From contig NZDH01000004.1 in the NCBI GenBank assembly GCA_002688775.1, forward strand, positions 123,420 through 187,419: 64,000 nt of DNA. The letters run 5' to 3'. The DNA is from Candidatus Woesearchaeota archaeon. Lineage in GTDB: Archaea > Nanobdellota > Nanobdellia > Woesearchaeales > GW2011-AR4. Position 1 is the stretch's first letter; the number at the start of each line of letters is the position of its first letter. The notes under the pieces were generated by a model, which made no database searches, was not told the DNA's origin, and was given only the letters and a program-made list of their open reading frames with translations. The position numbers were made by a program, and so were the translations under genes. Shown here piece by piece: positions 63,608 to 64,000 of the stretch.

Positions 63608-64000
63608 ATGAAACTTGATAAAATCCTGGTTGTGTATACCAATCCAACAACCAATGAGTACAGATTGACACTGGGTAAAGTCAAGAAAGTACTGAAAAAA
63701 TACAGGGCTAAGTATAATCTTGCTAATAGGGACAAGCTTAAAGATATCCAGTTTGAAAACCATGACCTGGTGATTGCTGTTGGGGGAGATGGGACTTTCT
63801 TAAGAGCTGCCCAGTTTGTCAAAAATCAGCTTATATTAGGAGTGAATGCAGATGTCAAGAACAAAGAAGGCTTTTTTATGCAGAGCGATAAAAAAAATTT
63901 TGAAGCCAGATTAAGAAAGATAATCAAGAACAAATTCAAGATAAAAAAGCTGCATAGGCTGGAAGCTTACATAAACAATAAGAAAATCGAGAATCCTGCG
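63608..64000 (+). CDS. nadK: NAD kinase (5' part, runs off the window; not in the ORF track)
   Basis: My translation is MKLDKILVVYTNP...HDLVIAVGGDGTFLRAAQF, with the GGDGT motif. A TATA-like box lies about 25 nt upstream. Confidence 0.8.
   Translation, partial: MKLDKILVVYTNPTTNEYRLTLGKVKKVLKKYRAKYNLANRDKLKDIQFENHDLVIAVGGDGTFLRAAQFVKNQLILGVNADVKNKEGFFMQSDKKNFEARLRKIIKNKFKIKKLHRLEAYINNKKIENPA

Noticed and set aside
63378-63763. ORFs 63378..63611 (+), 63515..63763 (-) and 63604..63822 (-).
   Set aside because: They overlap copy 2 of the structured RNA and the clearly recognisable NAD kinase 5' end (GGDGT motif) in other frames. No motifs are present.
1-64000. Genome-wide reassignment of UGA, prompted by the possible tRNA(UCA).
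   Set aside because: TGA terminates leuS, the serA-like gene, the IDH-family gene and others at the expected protein lengths. No conserved gene in the window is interrupted by an in-frame TGA.

Overview
AT-rich archaeal chromosome segment, DPANN-like by gene content. The archaeal markers are a complete A1Ao (A/V-type) ATPase operon, ribosomal proteins S24e/S27ae/L18e/P0/P1, RNA polymerase subunits D/N/E'/Spt4, Dph2/Dph5, GatD/GatE, Cdc48, Rpp21 plus an RNase P RNA, and intron-containing tRNAs. Most of the window is conserved housekeeping genes in tight operons. Seven things stand out. (1) A complete bacterial-type MEP/DOXP isoprenoid pathway (dxs, ispG, dxr, ispDF, ispE, ispH) sits in one cluster, flanked by archaeal ribosomal protein genes. 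(2) A CPA2 cation/proton antiporter is translationally coupled inside the ATPase operon, between atpB and atpD. (3) Several unannotated non-coding sequence families occur. They are a two-copy three-way-junction RNA with helix covariation, a three-copy intergenic repeat of about 130-180 nt, a C-rich element placed just after stop codons inside operons, and a GTCAARAACC...GGTTYTTGAC hairpin family with mutually exclusive pairings. (4) Three of the four tRNAs carry introns. One intron is at non-canonical position 29/30, and one tRNA can only be spliced to a UCA or UGA anticodon. (5) A free-standing LAGLIDADG endonuclease gene is inserted between rps9 and rpoN. (6) LeuRS is bacterial-type. (7) A shared Lys/Glu/Pro-rich tail module is appended to P0 and S4, with similar tails on S24e and RpoE'. 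No rRNA genes, CRISPR arrays or transposases were seen. All protein calls rest on my reading of the supplied translations and remembered family motifs. No database search was run.
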